A stretch of DNA of 64,000 bases from an uncultured Eubacteriales bacterium. GTDB taxonomy: Bacteria > Acidobacteriota > Aminicenantia > Aminicenantales > Aminicenantaceae. Positions 19,479-30,206 of the stretch are shown here, piece after piece. Position 1 is the stretch's first letter, and every line of letters begins with the position of its first letter. The notes beneath the pieces are model-generated. The model ran no database searches. It saw only the letters and a program-made list of their open reading frames with translations, and was not told the DNA's origin. The stretch is taken from NCBI GenBank assembly GCA_964645765.1, contig CAZYBE010000011.1, forward strand, positions 7,897 through 71,896, written 5' to 3'. The translations under genes and the position numbers were made by a program.

Positions 19479-21605
19479 TTATGGCTTTACAGGAATTCTA
19501 ATCGTGACTTTTGTCCCTTCCCCCACTCCACTCTCCAAAAGCACCTCACCTCGATGGGCTTGGACGATATGGCTGACTACAGTCAGGCCAATGCCGCTTC
19601 CTTTGATATTGCTATTGTGCACACTTTGAGTCCTGTAAAATTTTTCAAAAACCTTTTCTTGCTCGTCCTTGCTGATGCCTATTCCCTCGTCCTTTACCTC
19701 AAAAAAAATGTTTTTTTCATCAGACCGGGCACGAAGAAAGACATTTCTACTCTCGCCCGAGTATTTTACAGCATTATCAAGCAGATTAAAGAGAGCCCGG
19801 GAAAGCGCTTCTCTGTCTGCATTAACTCTAAGCATCTGTTTTGATATCTCGCTATTAATGACGAATCCCTGTGAAGCCACCTGTTCCTGGAAACGAGAAG
19901 CAACATCCCTTGCCAATTCAACGACATCTACCTCCTCAAACTTGTACTCTTTCATCCCGGCTTCGATCTTCGAGAAATCGAGAATATTTTCTATGAGCCT
20001 GCTCAAGCGCTCGCTTTCCGTGGTTATCGTCTCATAGTACTGTTGTTTTTTATCCTCCCCCTGGACCCGTCCTCTCTGAAGCATCTCCGATAAATAGCGG
20101 ATCGAAGTTAAAGGCGTCCTGAATTCATGCGAAACAGTGGAGACAAAATCTGATTTTAGCCTTGCTAACTCCAGTTCTTTGGCTGTGCTCTTGATGGCCA
20201 GAAATCCTCCAAAGAACAACGCGACTATTACGACCATGACAGAAAGAATATAGATATTCCTCCGCAGGTTAAATTGCCTTTTTGCAGACCCCCGCTCGGT
20301 TTGGTAGATACTTACTTTCCAAGGAGGGAAATCATCCTCAAAGCTCCTTGAAAAAGTTAATCGTGGGAGCGGGCTTTTCAGACGAGTCAAGTCTTCACCT
20401 GCTATCTTTTTACCCTGCTCATTTTCTACCAAGATGTGCCAATCTTTTTTCAGCGGGAGCTTGGCTAAAATCGGAGGAAGTAGCTTTTCTGATAGGATGC
20501 CTGAGGCTATTTTCATGCCGAAGACTGAGCTCTCATTGACAGGAATACAGGAGATAAGATAATTCTCCTCTCCGATTGGCTCAGAAAGATGGGAGAAGCT
20601 TCCAGGACTTGGAGAAAGAGGCTTTCTCGTCTCAATAATTGGGATGAATTTCGCCATGATATTTTCTATGGTATTCATTCTTTTTAACTGCTCTTCCTCA
20701 ACCTTCTTTAAGCTTTGCCACTTTTCCTGGATAACTTTGCCCTCCTTTGTTCCGTTGATATTGATATCTGTTATGGATTTTTCAATCATGTCTTTAATTT
20801 TATTCAAATAGAAATAAAACTGGCCTCGACTCAAAGGCCATCTGGATTCCAAAAGGCTGTTGTAAAATTCAAGAAATGATTCGACCGCTTTTATCTTCCT
20901 ATCCATCTTCCAATTAATGTTTCCTATTTGATATTGAGCTATTAGCCCGATTGGAACCCCATCTGAACTAAACCCATCCGGCCATTCTTTCAAAATCTTC
21001 TGATATGATTCGGCGGCCTTTATATAATTTCCAGACTTCTCGTAACACCGTCCAATACAATTCAACAATATGGCACGGGAGACACTATCAGAAGCAATAT
21101 TTGTCAACGTTTGATAAGATTTTATTGCCTGAGGATAATCTCTTGTCTTGAATTCCAATGCCTCTGCTTCTTTGAAAAGTGGATTGGCCTCGACCTTGGT
21201 GCCATACTCTTTTAATTCCTGGATTTCCCCTGATAGCAGGAAAAGCGGCTTGCGGATTGGAAAGACGACATTTCCTTTCTCTTTGACCAAGAAAATCTCA
21301 TCGACTATTTCCTCTTCATCCGCTATTTTTTTGCATAGTTCTTCAAAATCACCCTCTTGACTGATGATGCGAGAGCCTTGGACTTTCCGGATTATTCTAT
21401 CCTCAGCCTCAAAGATAACTGCTCTAACCTGGTCAATAACAAGCCCTGCGGACCTCTGCTGTTCATCTTCTATCTCTTTCTCCCTGATTAGCTTTTCTCT
21501 CTCCGCTTCCCGGATAGCGAATATGGTCAGTATAAGGCTGAAGATAAATATTATCGCAGCGAAGAGTATTGTCGCTCTTCTCTGCCAGTTCAGTTTTATC
21601 TTCAT
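19479..21605 (-). CDS. Module 1 sensor histidine kinase with an extracytoplasmic TPR-like domain
   Basis: Two TMs; LLNCIGRCYEKSGNYIKAAESYQKI; H-box VSHEFRTP; NLLDNAVKY, DEGIGI, GSGIGL. Confidence 0.95.
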   Translation of the reverse strand: MKIKLNWQRRATILFAAIIFIFSLILTIFAIREAEREKLIREKEIEDEQQRSAGLVIDQVRAVIFEAEDRIIRKVQGSRIISQEGDFEELCKKIADEEEIVDEIFLVKEKGNVVFPIRKPLFLLSGEIQELKEYGTKVEANPLFKEAEALEFKTRDYPQAIKSYQTLTNIASDSVSRAILLNCIGRCYEKSGNYIKAAESYQKILKEWPDGFSSDGVPIGLIAQYQIGNINWKMDRKIKAVESFLEFYNSLLESRWPLSRGQFYFYLNKIKDMIEKSITDININGTKEGKVIQEKWQSLKKVEEEQLKRMNTIENIMAKFIPIIETRKPLSPSPGSFSHLSEPIGEENYLISCIPVNESSVFGMKIASGILSEKLLPPILAKLPLKKDWHILVENEQGKKIAGEDLTRLKSPLPRLTFSRSFEDDFPPWKVSIYQTERGSAKRQFNLRRNIYILSVMVVIVALFFGGFLAIKSTAKELELARLKSDFVSTVSHEFRTPLTSIRYLSEMLQRGRVQGEDKKQQYYETITTESERLSRLIENILDFSKIEAGMKEYKFEEVDVVELARDVASRFQEQVASQGFVINSEISKQMLRVNADREALSRALFNLLDNAVKYSGESRNVFLRARSDEKNIFFEVKDEGIGISKDEQEKVFEKFYRTQSVHNSNIKGSGIGLTVVSHIVQAHRGEVLLESGVGEGTKVTIRIPVKP

Positions 21606-21909
21606 TTGGAAATAATCCTCAGCTCATTATTCAATATGATTTGTTTTCTTTGACAATTTGGACATTTGAACCCCGTTTCCGCTTCAAGAGCTTAATACAG
21701 GAAAAACCAATAGTCAATTCTATAACTCAATATCTCTTTCAACCAACTTAAGCTGAATTTCCTCTATGATGATGTGATGCAAGGACTTTTTTCTATTCTC
21801 TTCTCCTTTATTTAGGTCTTGTGGACCAAACTTGCACCGTCAAGTAAAACTCACACTCAAAGCATAGAGCATTTTTCAATAAGAAAGTGTTAAGGCCCTG
21901 TTTAGATTC

Positions 21910-21931
21910 TGTTGTGATTTGATTTCGTTTT
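21910..21931. promoter_or_regulatory. Candidate module-1 box upstream of kinase 1
   Basis: Similar to 18744-18765; lies at the edge of the duplicated tail. Confidence 0.35.
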
Positions 21932-22040
21932 TTTCAGAAGACTTAACAGAGCCCCTCTGTGCTCACTTAATTTATCCCGCTTAATCTTAATTTATTTTTT
22001 CTTGCCTTTCTCTTTGGGCAGGAAGTTCTCCATGACCCAG
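21932..22040 (-). repeat. Propeller-2 3' end and downstream tail, duplicated from propeller 1 (about 16506-16615); contains a dead copy of the sORF start
   Basis: ttttcagaagact...gctcactt.attta..cgcttaatcttaatttatttttt shared; ATG replaced by ACA. Confidence 0.75.
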
Positions 22041-24091
22041 ACCTCGGACTTTTCATTCTGCGTCCTCGCAGTAAAGGCAATACGTCGACCGTCTGGGTGA
22101 GCACGCAAATGCATCAACCTTGACATCGCTAAATCAAGCTTCTCAGGCTCGCCGCCTTTCACTGGCACGCGCCACAAATCGACCATGTCCTCACTTCCCT
22201 CACGTGTTTTTCCGTAGAGTATGTACTGCCCATCCCTCGCCCACGCAATCGTGCTGATGTCTTTGACTTGTATCAACTCCAGAGGCTCGCCGCCTGCGGT
22301 TGGAAGAAGCTTCACCACATTTCCCGCAGTAAAGGCTATTTGTCTACCATCCGGTGAAAGTACTATAAGATGACGGTCTGGGCTTTGGGAAAAGCGAAGA
22401 AGCTCCTTCTCAATGCCGGTTTCAACTTCGTAGCGTATGATCCGACGGGATTCCTTGCCTGACCGCATAAAGTAAACTATTTTTCCGTCAGGAGCCCCTT
22501 CAGGCGAAAATATGGCTTCGCCCTTATCCGAATCCGACTGGGCGATGACCTCAGCATCGCCTGTCTGAGCGTTGATAGCGAACAAAAACCACCATTTTCC
22601 CTTCTCGTTCGGTCCGATGGCGAGAATCGAGCGGCCATCAGGAGACCAGCGGATGTAGTGAAAGTTCAGGCCTCCAACATGCTTGGGAACCAATTCACGG
22701 ATTTCATCTGTTCGAAAGGAGCGAATGAGCAAAACAACTCCTCCTCCTGCCACTTCCCCTCGTGACGAACGGCAGACCAGTTCCTGACCGTCGGGTGACC
22801 AACTGGGAGCGGAATTGAAGCCTTCATACTTCTGAACTGCCTTGATGGGAGAGGCCAGCACCTTGCCGGTCTCCGGGTCGATCGAGGCAACGTAGATGTC
22901 ACTCCACCCAGAATAGATACCATAATACAAGGAGCCCTCTCGAGTGATGCCGAGTGGACGGAGATTTCCCATATCTGCCCTTACAAGCTCAGCATCTCCT
23001 TTGGGTTTCCCATCAGCAACATGAATGGCCCAAATGCCTATGCTTCCAGTGCGGTCACTCTTGAAAACCAACCCTTTCCCGTCAGGTGTCCAGCCGAGGA
23101 CCAGATCATCAGCCGGATGCTCAACGAGCGGTATTTGCCGGCTTCCGTCGGCGGCGAGGAGGAAAATATCGCGGTTTCTCAAGTCTTGCTGTTGAGGAAA
23201 GCTGTAAGCAATATATTTTCCATCAGGTGAAAGGCTCATCCTCAATCGGTCACCCGAACATGGCGCCAGTGATTTTACATCCTTGACAGATCCATCTTCC
23301 GTGGATACAAACGCAATCTTTAGGGCTTGGCCCTGCATACTAAAAAAGGTCAGAATTTGCTTCCCGTCCCCAGACCAAGAGGCCGGCCATGGCCACTCTT
23401 CCTTGCTGGCGTAGAGGACTCGGGGTGCGGAGCCATCCATTCCTATGATTCGCAGTTCACCGAATCCTTCCTTATTCTGCCAGGTGTATGCGACTTGGCG
23501 ACCGTCGGGAGAGAATATGGACTGGTAGGCCATCTCTCCGGCATTATAGGAAGCATCTTTGGTGATTAGGCGGTTTTCCCCTTTTTCAAGGTCGCGGACT
23601 CCAAGATTGCCATTCTCCCACCAGTTCACATAGGTGAGGTATCTGCCGTCTGGGGAAGGTGCTCCCATAAAATAGGAATCGATGGCGTCAGCCCAGACCT
23701 GGCGGATTCGGAATTCCTTTTCGCCTTTTTCGATTATTGCCTGCGCTCTCGACAAAACATCCAGCTTTTCACGCGCCACTCTTACTGCTTCGGCTTGCTC
23801 TGGATAATTGTCGACTACCTTCTGAAAGGCTTGCTGGGCTTCTTCAAGACCTAACTTTTCATAGCAAAAGCCGATATACAGTTGAGATTTGGCTGCGTAT
23901 TCTCTTTCTCCAGGATATTTCTGGATTAGCTCACTGAAGAGCTTGATGGCTTCATTCAGGTCGCCCTTTGTTTCCATGGCGAATTTCGCTTTCTCGAAAA
24001 GCACTTTGTGCTCTGGAGAATTTTGAAGGCCAAAAGCCATCAGCGCAGCTGCTAAAACTGCGGTTGTGATAATAATTTTTTTTAAGTTCAT
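21992..24091 (-). CDS. Module 2: secreted TPR + TolB/PD40 beta-propeller protein
   Basis: Signal peptide; AAKSQLYIGFCYEKLG; PD40 repeats; VWVMENFLPKEKGKKK. Confidence 0.9.
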   Translation of the reverse strand: MNLKKIIITTAVLAAALMAFGLQNSPEHKVLFEKAKFAMETKGDLNEAIKLFSELIQKYPGEREYAAKSQLYIGFCYEKLGLEEAQQAFQKVVDNYPEQAEAVRVAREKLDVLSRAQAIIEKGEKEFRIRQVWADAIDSYFMGAPSPDGRYLTYVNWWENGNLGVRDLEKGENRLITKDASYNAGEMAYQSIFSPDGRQVAYTWQNKEGFGELRIIGMDGSAPRVLYASKEEWPWPASWSGDGKQILTFFSMQGQALKIAFVSTEDGSVKDVKSLAPCSGDRLRMSLSPDGKYIAYSFPQQQDLRNRDIFLLAADGSRQIPLVEHPADDLVLGWTPDGKGLVFKSDRTGSIGIWAIHVADGKPKGDAELVRADMGNLRPLGITREGSLYYGIYSGWSDIYVASIDPETGKVLASPIKAVQKYEGFNSAPSWSPDGQELVCRSSRGEVAGGGVVLLIRSFRTDEIRELVPKHVGGLNFHYIRWSPDGRSILAIGPNEKGKWWFLFAINAQTGDAEVIAQSDSDKGEAIFSPEGAPDGKIVYFMRSGKESRRIIRYEVETGIEKELLRFSQSPDRHLIVLSPDGRQIAFTAGNVVKLLPTAGGEPLELIQVKDISTIAWARDGQYILYGKTREGSEDMVDLWRVPVKGGEPEKLDLAMSRLMHLRAHPDGRRIAFTARTQNEKSEVWVMENFLPKEKGKKK

Positions 24092-24155
24092 GATGCTACC
24101 TCCTGGTGGTTATTTTTCCATTCACCAACAAAGTAGCTCTTTTTATCTTTAATGT

Positions 24156-24191
24156 TGTCAAACAAAAGTAAAAGAATGTAAAAGATTGTTA
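24156..24191. promoter_or_regulatory. Module-2 box upstream of propeller 2
   Basis: Four GT(A/C/T)A half-sites at 24157, 24168, 24178, 24188 (spacing 11/10/10). Confidence 0.6.
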
Positions 24192-24878
24192 TCAGCCCAT
24201 GAACCGGTATCCTGCTCCATAGACGGAAAAAATATGTTTGGGATGAGCTGGGTCTTCCTCGACCTTTTTCCTCAATTTCAGGATATGATTATCGATGGTT
24301 CGGGTTGTGGGAAACCTCTCATAGCCCCAGATTTTATCGAGCAAAGCCTCTCTGGTGACAACTTCGCCTCTATGCGCAATGAAGTACTTAAGAATCTCCA
24401 CTTCAAGCGATGTCAGGTCAACTTCCTTGCCCTTGCGCCTGACTTTGAAATGAGAAAAATCAACTTCAACATCGCCAAAAGAATAAACGTCAGGGATTCT
24501 TTTCGCTTCCCTTTTCTCGCGCCGAAGGTGAGCCTTGACCCGTGCTAAAAGCTCGCGAATGCTGAAAGGTTTGGTTATATAATCATCGGCGCCGACCTCC
24601 AACCCTACCACCTTGTCAACCTCTCCCCCTTTGGCGGTGAGCATTATGATTGGGATATCCATGTTTTTCTGGCGAAGCTCCCGGCAGACTTCAAGGCCAT
24701 CCATCTTGGGGAGCATGATGTCAAGGATGATTAAATCCGGCCGTTCTTCCAAAGCTTTGCGAAGCCCTTCCTGGCCATCATAAGCCCAGGTCACCTCATA
24801 TCCTTCGCCAGCCAGATTGAGTTTCAACCCTTTAACCAGGTCCTCTTCATCTTCGATAATCAATATCTTCTCTTTCAT
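24192..24878 (-). CDS. Module 2 OmpR-family response regulator
   Basis: LIILDIMLPKMDG, GADDYITKPF, RTIDNHILKLRKK. Confidence 0.95.
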   Translation of the reverse strand: MKEKILIIEDEEDLVKGLKLNLAGEGYEVTWAYDGQEGLRKALEERPDLIILDIMLPKMDGLEVCRELRQKNMDIPIIMLTAKGGEVDKVVGLEVGADDYITKPFSIRELLARVKAHLRREKREAKRIPDVYSFGDVEVDFSHFKVRRKGKEVDLTSLEVEILKYFIAHRGEVVTREALLDKIWGYERFPTTRTIDNHILKLRKKVEEDPAHPKHIFSVYGAGYRFMG

Positions 24879-24880
24879 TC

Positions 24881-27010
24881 TTATTCCTTAATAGGGCCAG
24901 TAAGAGGAAGAATCACTGAAAAGATACTTCCTTCTCCTGGCTGGCTCTCGACTTTAACTCTGCCGCCGTGGGCCTCTGTAATGTGCTTGACCAGCGTCAG
25001 TCCTAAGCCGCTTCCTCCTGTTTCTGCAGAGACTTTATTTTTCACCCGGTAAAATCTTTTAAAAATCTTTGATGTTTCTCTGGGCGAGATTCCTATTCCC
25101 TTATCTTCGACTTGAAGAATAGCATGATTTCTCTCTTTGAATAATCTTACTGCCACTTCCTTCCTTTCTAGAGAAAATTTCATGGCATTGCTTAAGAGGT
25201 TGATTAAAACACTGGCCATGGCTTCCCGGTCAAAATCCATCTGGGGAAGGTCGGCGGCAATTTCTGCTTGAATCTTAAATCCTTTCTTCTCCAAGTGATA
25301 GCGATAGGAATCTAAAGTATCCCGAACCACATCGGACAAATTCCCTTTTTTAAGATTGAATTCTTTTCTTCCCATCTCAATCCTGGAGAAATCAAGGACA
25401 TTATTGATGAGGTGCGACAGCCGCTCGCTCTCTTTGGTGATGATTTCATAAGCCTCTCGCTTTTCTTCCTCTTTCAAGTCGTCTTTTCGTTGGAGTGTTT
25501 CGCCATAGAGCCGAACGAGCGTCAGAGGCGTTTTTAACTCGTGGGAGACATTATGGACGAATTCGGTTCTTAGCCGGGTTGTCTCTGATTCCCGGGCAAT
25601 ATCCCGTATGATCAAAACGACACCCAAAAGCATTAAGACCACAATGACACTGAGAAGCATTCCATAGAGAATGTTCTCTCGGACCGCTGTTCTCTCCAAC
25701 TCATTGAAGGCAGGCTGAGAAGTCAGGAGTTTCCAGGGGAAAGGAAACTGGCGAAAGGATAAAGATAGAGAATCCTTTGAAGCCAATTCCTTTTTCCCGC
25801 TTAAGACATTTTGACCGCTTTCATCGATGATTTGGATTTGAAGTCTGGAATCTTCTCTTATCTCCGCAAGTATTTTCGGCAATATCTCTTTTTTAAAATA
25901 ATCAAGATCCCAGCAATGGCCACCATAAAGAGTTTTTTCTGGTTGAAAATCAGGAAGGAGGCGATAAGAGATAAGACAAAAATTTGCTTCTTGGCGAACG
26001 GCAAAGAAACGTTCTGGCTGGCTCTCTTCCCCTCTCCTGGAGAGAGCATGTTTTTCTTTTATTCGGGGAACAACCTCCCTCTTCAAAAAGTCTGTAAAAA
26101 GCAATGCTTGAAGATAAGGAGCTTCCCTCTCTCTCAAGGCACGGTAGGCTTTTTGAATTTCCGGAAACTTCTCATTCAGTTTTTTTTTAAGAATTGATTC
26201 GATATCGGCAATGAAAAAATCATAGCTGGGAGAGCCAAGAAGCCAATCTCCATTCCTTATCTTCTGATAAAGGTCGAGCAAAATTTTAAGGCTTTGCTCT
26301 TCTTTCCCTCGACGCTGTTCTATCTCAAATAACTGAAATGTAGCCCCTATTCCATAAGGATGGCCTGCTTTATTCTTTAATTGTGCATGCTTAGCAGATA
26401 GCTCGCTATAAACTTTGTAAGCTTCCTCATTTTCTTTTAAAGAAAAGAGACAGCGGCCCAGGCCTTCGAGGGCCGTTGCCCGATCTTGCTCTATAGAGGC
26501 TGACACTGAGCATTGTTTATAAAGCTCAGCGGCCCGGCGGTAGTTCTTTTGGGTGAATTCAAAAGATTCTGCTCTCTGAAGGTCTTGGGAAAATTTACTG
26601 GTCAATAGACTTTTTTCCTCTTGGAAAACCGAAACATCCTCGGCTCCAGTGCGAGGAAAAATGATTTGATAATCCGCATCGAGGAGAAAAGCCTGGCCTG
26701 TGACTTGCTTGGAGTCTAAAGGAAAATTATAAGGGCCTTGACTCGCGCTTTCTTGCTGGATCAAGGAAATAAAATTTTCCGCCTTTAAGGCCTGCTTTTC
26801 ATACTCAAGAAGTTTAGCCTCAAGAGATTTCAGTGCAGCCTCGCCTGAAATCCAGAGATTTGACTCAAGAATTTTCTGGACTGCCTCACGCCTTTTGGCA
26901 AAAGTGCTCAAACTTAAATAGCCAACGATAAGCGAAGGCAACAAAATGGCCAGCAGGAAAATGAGGATGATTTTTTTTCGGGCAAATATCCCCTGAATAA
27001 ATATTTTCAT
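24881..27010 (-). CDS. Module 2 sensor histidine kinase with a TPR-like sensor domain
   Basis: Two TMs; ALEGLGRCLFSLKENEEAYKVY; VSHELKTP; NLLSNAMKF; GSGLGL. Confidence 0.95.
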   Translation of the reverse strand: MKIFIQGIFARKKIILIFLLAILLPSLIVGYLSLSTFAKRREAVQKILESNLWISGEAALKSLEAKLLEYEKQALKAENFISLIQQESASQGPYNFPLDSKQVTGQAFLLDADYQIIFPRTGAEDVSVFQEEKSLLTSKFSQDLQRAESFEFTQKNYRRAAELYKQCSVSASIEQDRATALEGLGRCLFSLKENEEAYKVYSELSAKHAQLKNKAGHPYGIGATFQLFEIEQRRGKEEQSLKILLDLYQKIRNGDWLLGSPSYDFFIADIESILKKKLNEKFPEIQKAYRALREREAPYLQALLFTDFLKREVVPRIKEKHALSRRGEESQPERFFAVRQEANFCLISYRLLPDFQPEKTLYGGHCWDLDYFKKEILPKILAEIREDSRLQIQIIDESGQNVLSGKKELASKDSLSLSFRQFPFPWKLLTSQPAFNELERTAVRENILYGMLLSVIVVLMLLGVVLIIRDIARESETTRLRTEFVHNVSHELKTPLTLVRLYGETLQRKDDLKEEEKREAYEIITKESERLSHLINNVLDFSRIEMGRKEFNLKKGNLSDVVRDTLDSYRYHLEKKGFKIQAEIAADLPQMDFDREAMASVLINLLSNAMKFSLERKEVAVRLFKERNHAILQVEDKGIGISPRETSKIFKRFYRVKNKVSAETGGSGLGLTLVKHITEAHGGRVKVESQPGEGSIFSVILPLTGPIKE

Positions 27011-27076
27011 CGCCAGCTTTGAAATCCGACTTGCTGAATAATTTCATGTCAATTGTATCAAATTCAATCATCAAAA

Positions 27077-27113
27077 TGTCAAAAAAATGTAAAAAATTGT
27101 CATCAAATGTAAA
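27077..27113. promoter_or_regulatory. Module-2 box upstream of kinase 2
   Basis: TGT(C/A)A half-sites at 27077, 27088, 27098, 27108 (spacing 11/10/10); includes minus-strand TTGACA with TGnTACAAT downstream. Confidence 0.6.
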
Positions 27114-27258
27114 AGGGAATTTTATGAGGGGGACGAAAATTAATTGCAAAAAGTGCGAAAAGAAATATCAATAATCTTGAATTTGAATTTAAAGAACAGG
27201 TAATAAAAAGATTTGAATGTCTTCTTTGGGAATTCTTTGTTTCCGCTTTTCTGCTATC

Positions 27259-29412
27259 TCACTGAGTGCCTTTTTTTATTAAAGGCAGAAAGCCCTCCAT
27301 CAGCCAGAGCTCTTCGTTGCCGCCAAAGCCTGCCGTGAAGGCAAATTTTTTGCCATCCGGCGACCAGTCGATATGAAAATTCTGAACTTCTTCATTTAGA
27401 ATTCCTGTCCTAATTTCCCTCGGTTCTCCTCCCCCTAAAGATACAACCATAATACGCCCCTTAGATGTGTACGCAAGTTCTTTTCCATCCGGCGACCAAG
27501 AGAGTTCGCAGTGGCCGTGGACATTTTCAACGTTTACTACAATCCTTGGCTCCCCACCCTGAACAGGCTTAATATTGATTGTCTTATCCAGCGAAAAATA
27601 AGCTATATGATTTCCATCTGGTGCCCACTTTATTGCGGCATAATCTACCCTGTCTGCCTCTGATGTAAGCTGACGGACTTCGCCTCCTTCCGCTGGGACG
27701 ATATAAATATTCAAGAGAACTTCCTCTTTTGATTTTTCTGTTTCGTGTAAAAACGCAATCCACTTGCCATCAGGCGACCAACAAGGGAACCTGCCCTGAG
27801 TGGGGCTTTTGGTAATTTGTTTCGGCTCCCCTCCTTCTACAGGGATGGTCCAGATGCTCACCCGGGGCGGGAGGACTCCCTCTTTATAAGCCACAAAAAC
27901 TATCTTTTTTCCGTCTGGAGACACATCATTTCCACCACCCGGTAACACTTCCACAAGTTTAGTGTCCTTGCTGGAATGAACCGGAAAAAGGTTCCCTCCT
28001 TGAGACGGAACGGCAACGATATTTCCCTTCCCCCATCTGAAGTATATCGTCTTTCCATCAGGAGACCACCTCGGATGGCATGGATAGCCTTCGAAATCTT
28101 CACTGCCTGTAAACAGGGTTGCCGTTTCAGGGCTAACCTGTGTTGCCTTCCCGCCGCCTGCGGGGACTGTGTAGACCGCTTGATGCAGGGGATTCGTTAA
28201 GAGGAGTCTAATTTTGTTGTCGGTTGTCCATCCAGCGATCATACTAAGGCTTTCCGAAGGCAGCTTTATTTTTATTGGAGCTTCTGCGAGTTTTCGATCT
28301 ACGGACGCAGGAACGATCCAAATCTCATCGCTAAAATTGCTGTCGCCGGGCTCATAATGAAAGGCAATCATCTTACCGTCTGGAGACCACACAGGTCCTC
28401 TCGCTCTCCCGGGAAACTCGGTCACTTTAATAGGCTTAGTGCCGTCAGAATTTATAACCCAAAGGTCTTTTTGCACCTTCCCATTTTCTAAAAAATGCGG
28501 TCGGGTAAATGCGATTCGTTTCCCGTCAGGAGAAAAGGCGGGTTCTCGCGCCCATGCGTCTGTCAAGCGTCTCGCTTCTCCACCGTCTACGGGAATTGTA
28601 TATAATAGGTGTAATAAAACTGGTTCGCTTTTTTCTGGTTTTATCTCGGATGAAGTAATATCCATTGAACAAAAGGCAAGTGTTTTTCCGTCCGCTGACA
28701 GGCTCAAGCGATAATCGTAGGCGTGGCCTCCACCATACAAATTAATGGGAATCTTCTTAGGTTTGCCTCCCGAAGCGGAAACCACATATATTACATCTTT
28801 CTTGTTGTCTTCTGCATTAAACGCTATCCATTGACCATTGGCTGACCATGCCATTATATTGCCCATATTCCAGGCTCCCATGGGCTCGGTCAGCCTGACA
28901 GGTTCGCCCGCAAGATCAGCTTGCACCTTCCCATGAATAGGGACGACCCAGACGCTGCCTTGAGAAGTAAATGCGAGCAGCTTTCCATCCGCTGAAAGGA
29001 CTCCGTTGCCCGGGTTGGCCGGGATTCGGATTTTTCGAAAGCTTGGCTTGTGTGTTTCCTCTGTTAGAGCTTTGGCTATCTTGGCTAGCCGTTCTTTGGC
29101 CAAGGCCACTTCTTGTGCTTGTTCAGGATATTTATCAACGACACTCTGAAAAGCTTTCTGGGCTTCATTTAATCCTAGTTTTTCATAGCAGAGGCCTATA
29201 TGGAGCTGTGCTTTGGCAGCAATTTCTCGGTTTCCCGGAAACTGTTTTACTATCGTCTGATAAATCTCAATCGCTTTCTCTAACTCCCCCCCAACCTCTT
29301 CCTTGTAGATGCCAGACTGGTAAAGCTGCTCGGCACTCTGCTGAAGGGAAGCGGATGACGCAAAGGCCAATATTAAGATAAAAACAATGAACACAAATAA
29401 TTTTTGTTTCAT
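27259..29412 (-). CDS. Module 3: secreted TPR + TolB/PD40 beta-propeller protein
   Basis: Signal peptide; AAKAQLHIGLCYEKLG; WSPDG repeats; LWLMEGFLP. Confidence 0.9.
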   Translation of the reverse strand: MKQKLFVFIVFILILAFASSASLQQSAEQLYQSGIYKEEVGGELEKAIEIYQTIVKQFPGNREIAAKAQLHIGLCYEKLGLNEAQKAFQSVVDKYPEQAQEVALAKERLAKIAKALTEETHKPSFRKIRIPANPGNGVLSADGKLLAFTSQGSVWVVPIHGKVQADLAGEPVRLTEPMGAWNMGNIMAWSANGQWIAFNAEDNKKDVIYVVSASGGKPKKIPINLYGGGHAYDYRLSLSADGKTLAFCSMDITSSEIKPEKSEPVLLHLLYTIPVDGGEARRLTDAWAREPAFSPDGKRIAFTRPHFLENGKVQKDLWVINSDGTKPIKVTEFPGRARGPVWSPDGKMIAFHYEPGDSNFSDEIWIVPASVDRKLAEAPIKIKLPSESLSMIAGWTTDNKIRLLLTNPLHQAVYTVPAGGGKATQVSPETATLFTGSEDFEGYPCHPRWSPDGKTIYFRWGKGNIVAVPSQGGNLFPVHSSKDTKLVEVLPGGGNDVSPDGKKIVFVAYKEGVLPPRVSIWTIPVEGGEPKQITKSPTQGRFPCWSPDGKWIAFLHETEKSKEEVLLNIYIVPAEGGEVRQLTSEADRVDYAAIKWAPDGNHIAYFSLDKTINIKPVQGGEPRIVVNVENVHGHCELSWSPDGKELAYTSKGRIMVVSLGGGEPREIRTGILNEEVQNFHIDWSPDGKKFAFTAGFGGNEELWLMEGFLPLIKKGTQ

Positions 29413-29481
29413 GACTCATACCTCCTCATGTTAAAATTTTTTCTCCATGAGGAAGGATAAGCATTTCAGATGTCATGTGCT

Positions 29482-29518
29482 TGAAGCTTTCATCTCTTTT
29501 GTGTGAAAGTTATGTGAA
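29482..29518. promoter_or_regulatory. Module-3 box upstream of propeller 3
   Basis: 30/37 identity to 32601-32637 by hand alignment; TGAA units spaced 22 and 11. Confidence 0.7.
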
Positions 29519-29524
29519 CCTTGA

Positions 29525-30205
29525 TCATCCTGCAAATTTATATCCAACTCCCCTCACGCCGATGATGTATTTTGGATTTTGCGGGTCGTCCTCGATTTTT
29601 TTTCTCAGCAGGGAAATGTGCTTGTCCACGGTCCGGGGCTCGATATAGACATTCTCACCCCAGACTTCATCGAGAACCTTATTCCGATGAACAACCCGGC
29701 CTCGGTTCGCAATGAGAAAATGCAGCAGAGCAAACTCGAGCGCAGTGAGCTCAATAGGTTTCTCATTCTTTTTTGCCTCGAACCTTTTAAAATCCACCTC
29801 GACGTCGCCGAAGCGATAGAAGTCGATTTCCAGCTGCGGCTCTTTAGCCCTCCGGAGAAGGGCTTTCACCCGAGCCAGCAGCTCCCGGGGACTGAACGGC
29901 TTGGTGACATAATCATCAGCTCCCAGCTCCAGCCCGAGGACCTTGTCGACCTCCTGGCTTTTCGCGGTGAGGACCAGGATGGGTGTTGTTATCTTGGCTT
30001 GACGCAGTTGCTTGCAGACTTCAAATCCGTCCATCTTCGGCAGCATGATGTCGAGGATGAGGAGGTCATAATTCTGCTCTTTTGCCATGGCCAGACCTTT
30101 AAGCCCGTCCTTGGCGCTTGAAACCTCGTGCCCTTCGAGCCTGAGGTTGTCCTCAAGAGGAAAAAGAATACTCTCCTCGTCCTCGATGATCAGAATTTTT
30201 GCCAT
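29525..30205 (-). CDS. Module 3 OmpR-family response regulator
   Basis: LLILDIMLP, GADDYVTKPF, RTVDKHISLLRKK. Confidence 0.95.
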   Translation of the reverse strand: MAKILIIEDEESILFPLEDNLRLEGHEVSSAKDGLKGLAMAKEQNYDLLILDIMLPKMDGFEVCKQLRQAKITTPILVLTAKSQEVDKVLGLELGADDYVTKPFSPRELLARVKALLRRAKEPQLEIDFYRFGDVEVDFKRFEAKKNEKPIELTALEFALLHFLIANRGRVVHRNKVLDEVWGENVYIEPRTVDKHISLLRKKIEDDPQNPKYIIGVRGVGYKFAG

Positions 30206-30206
30206 T

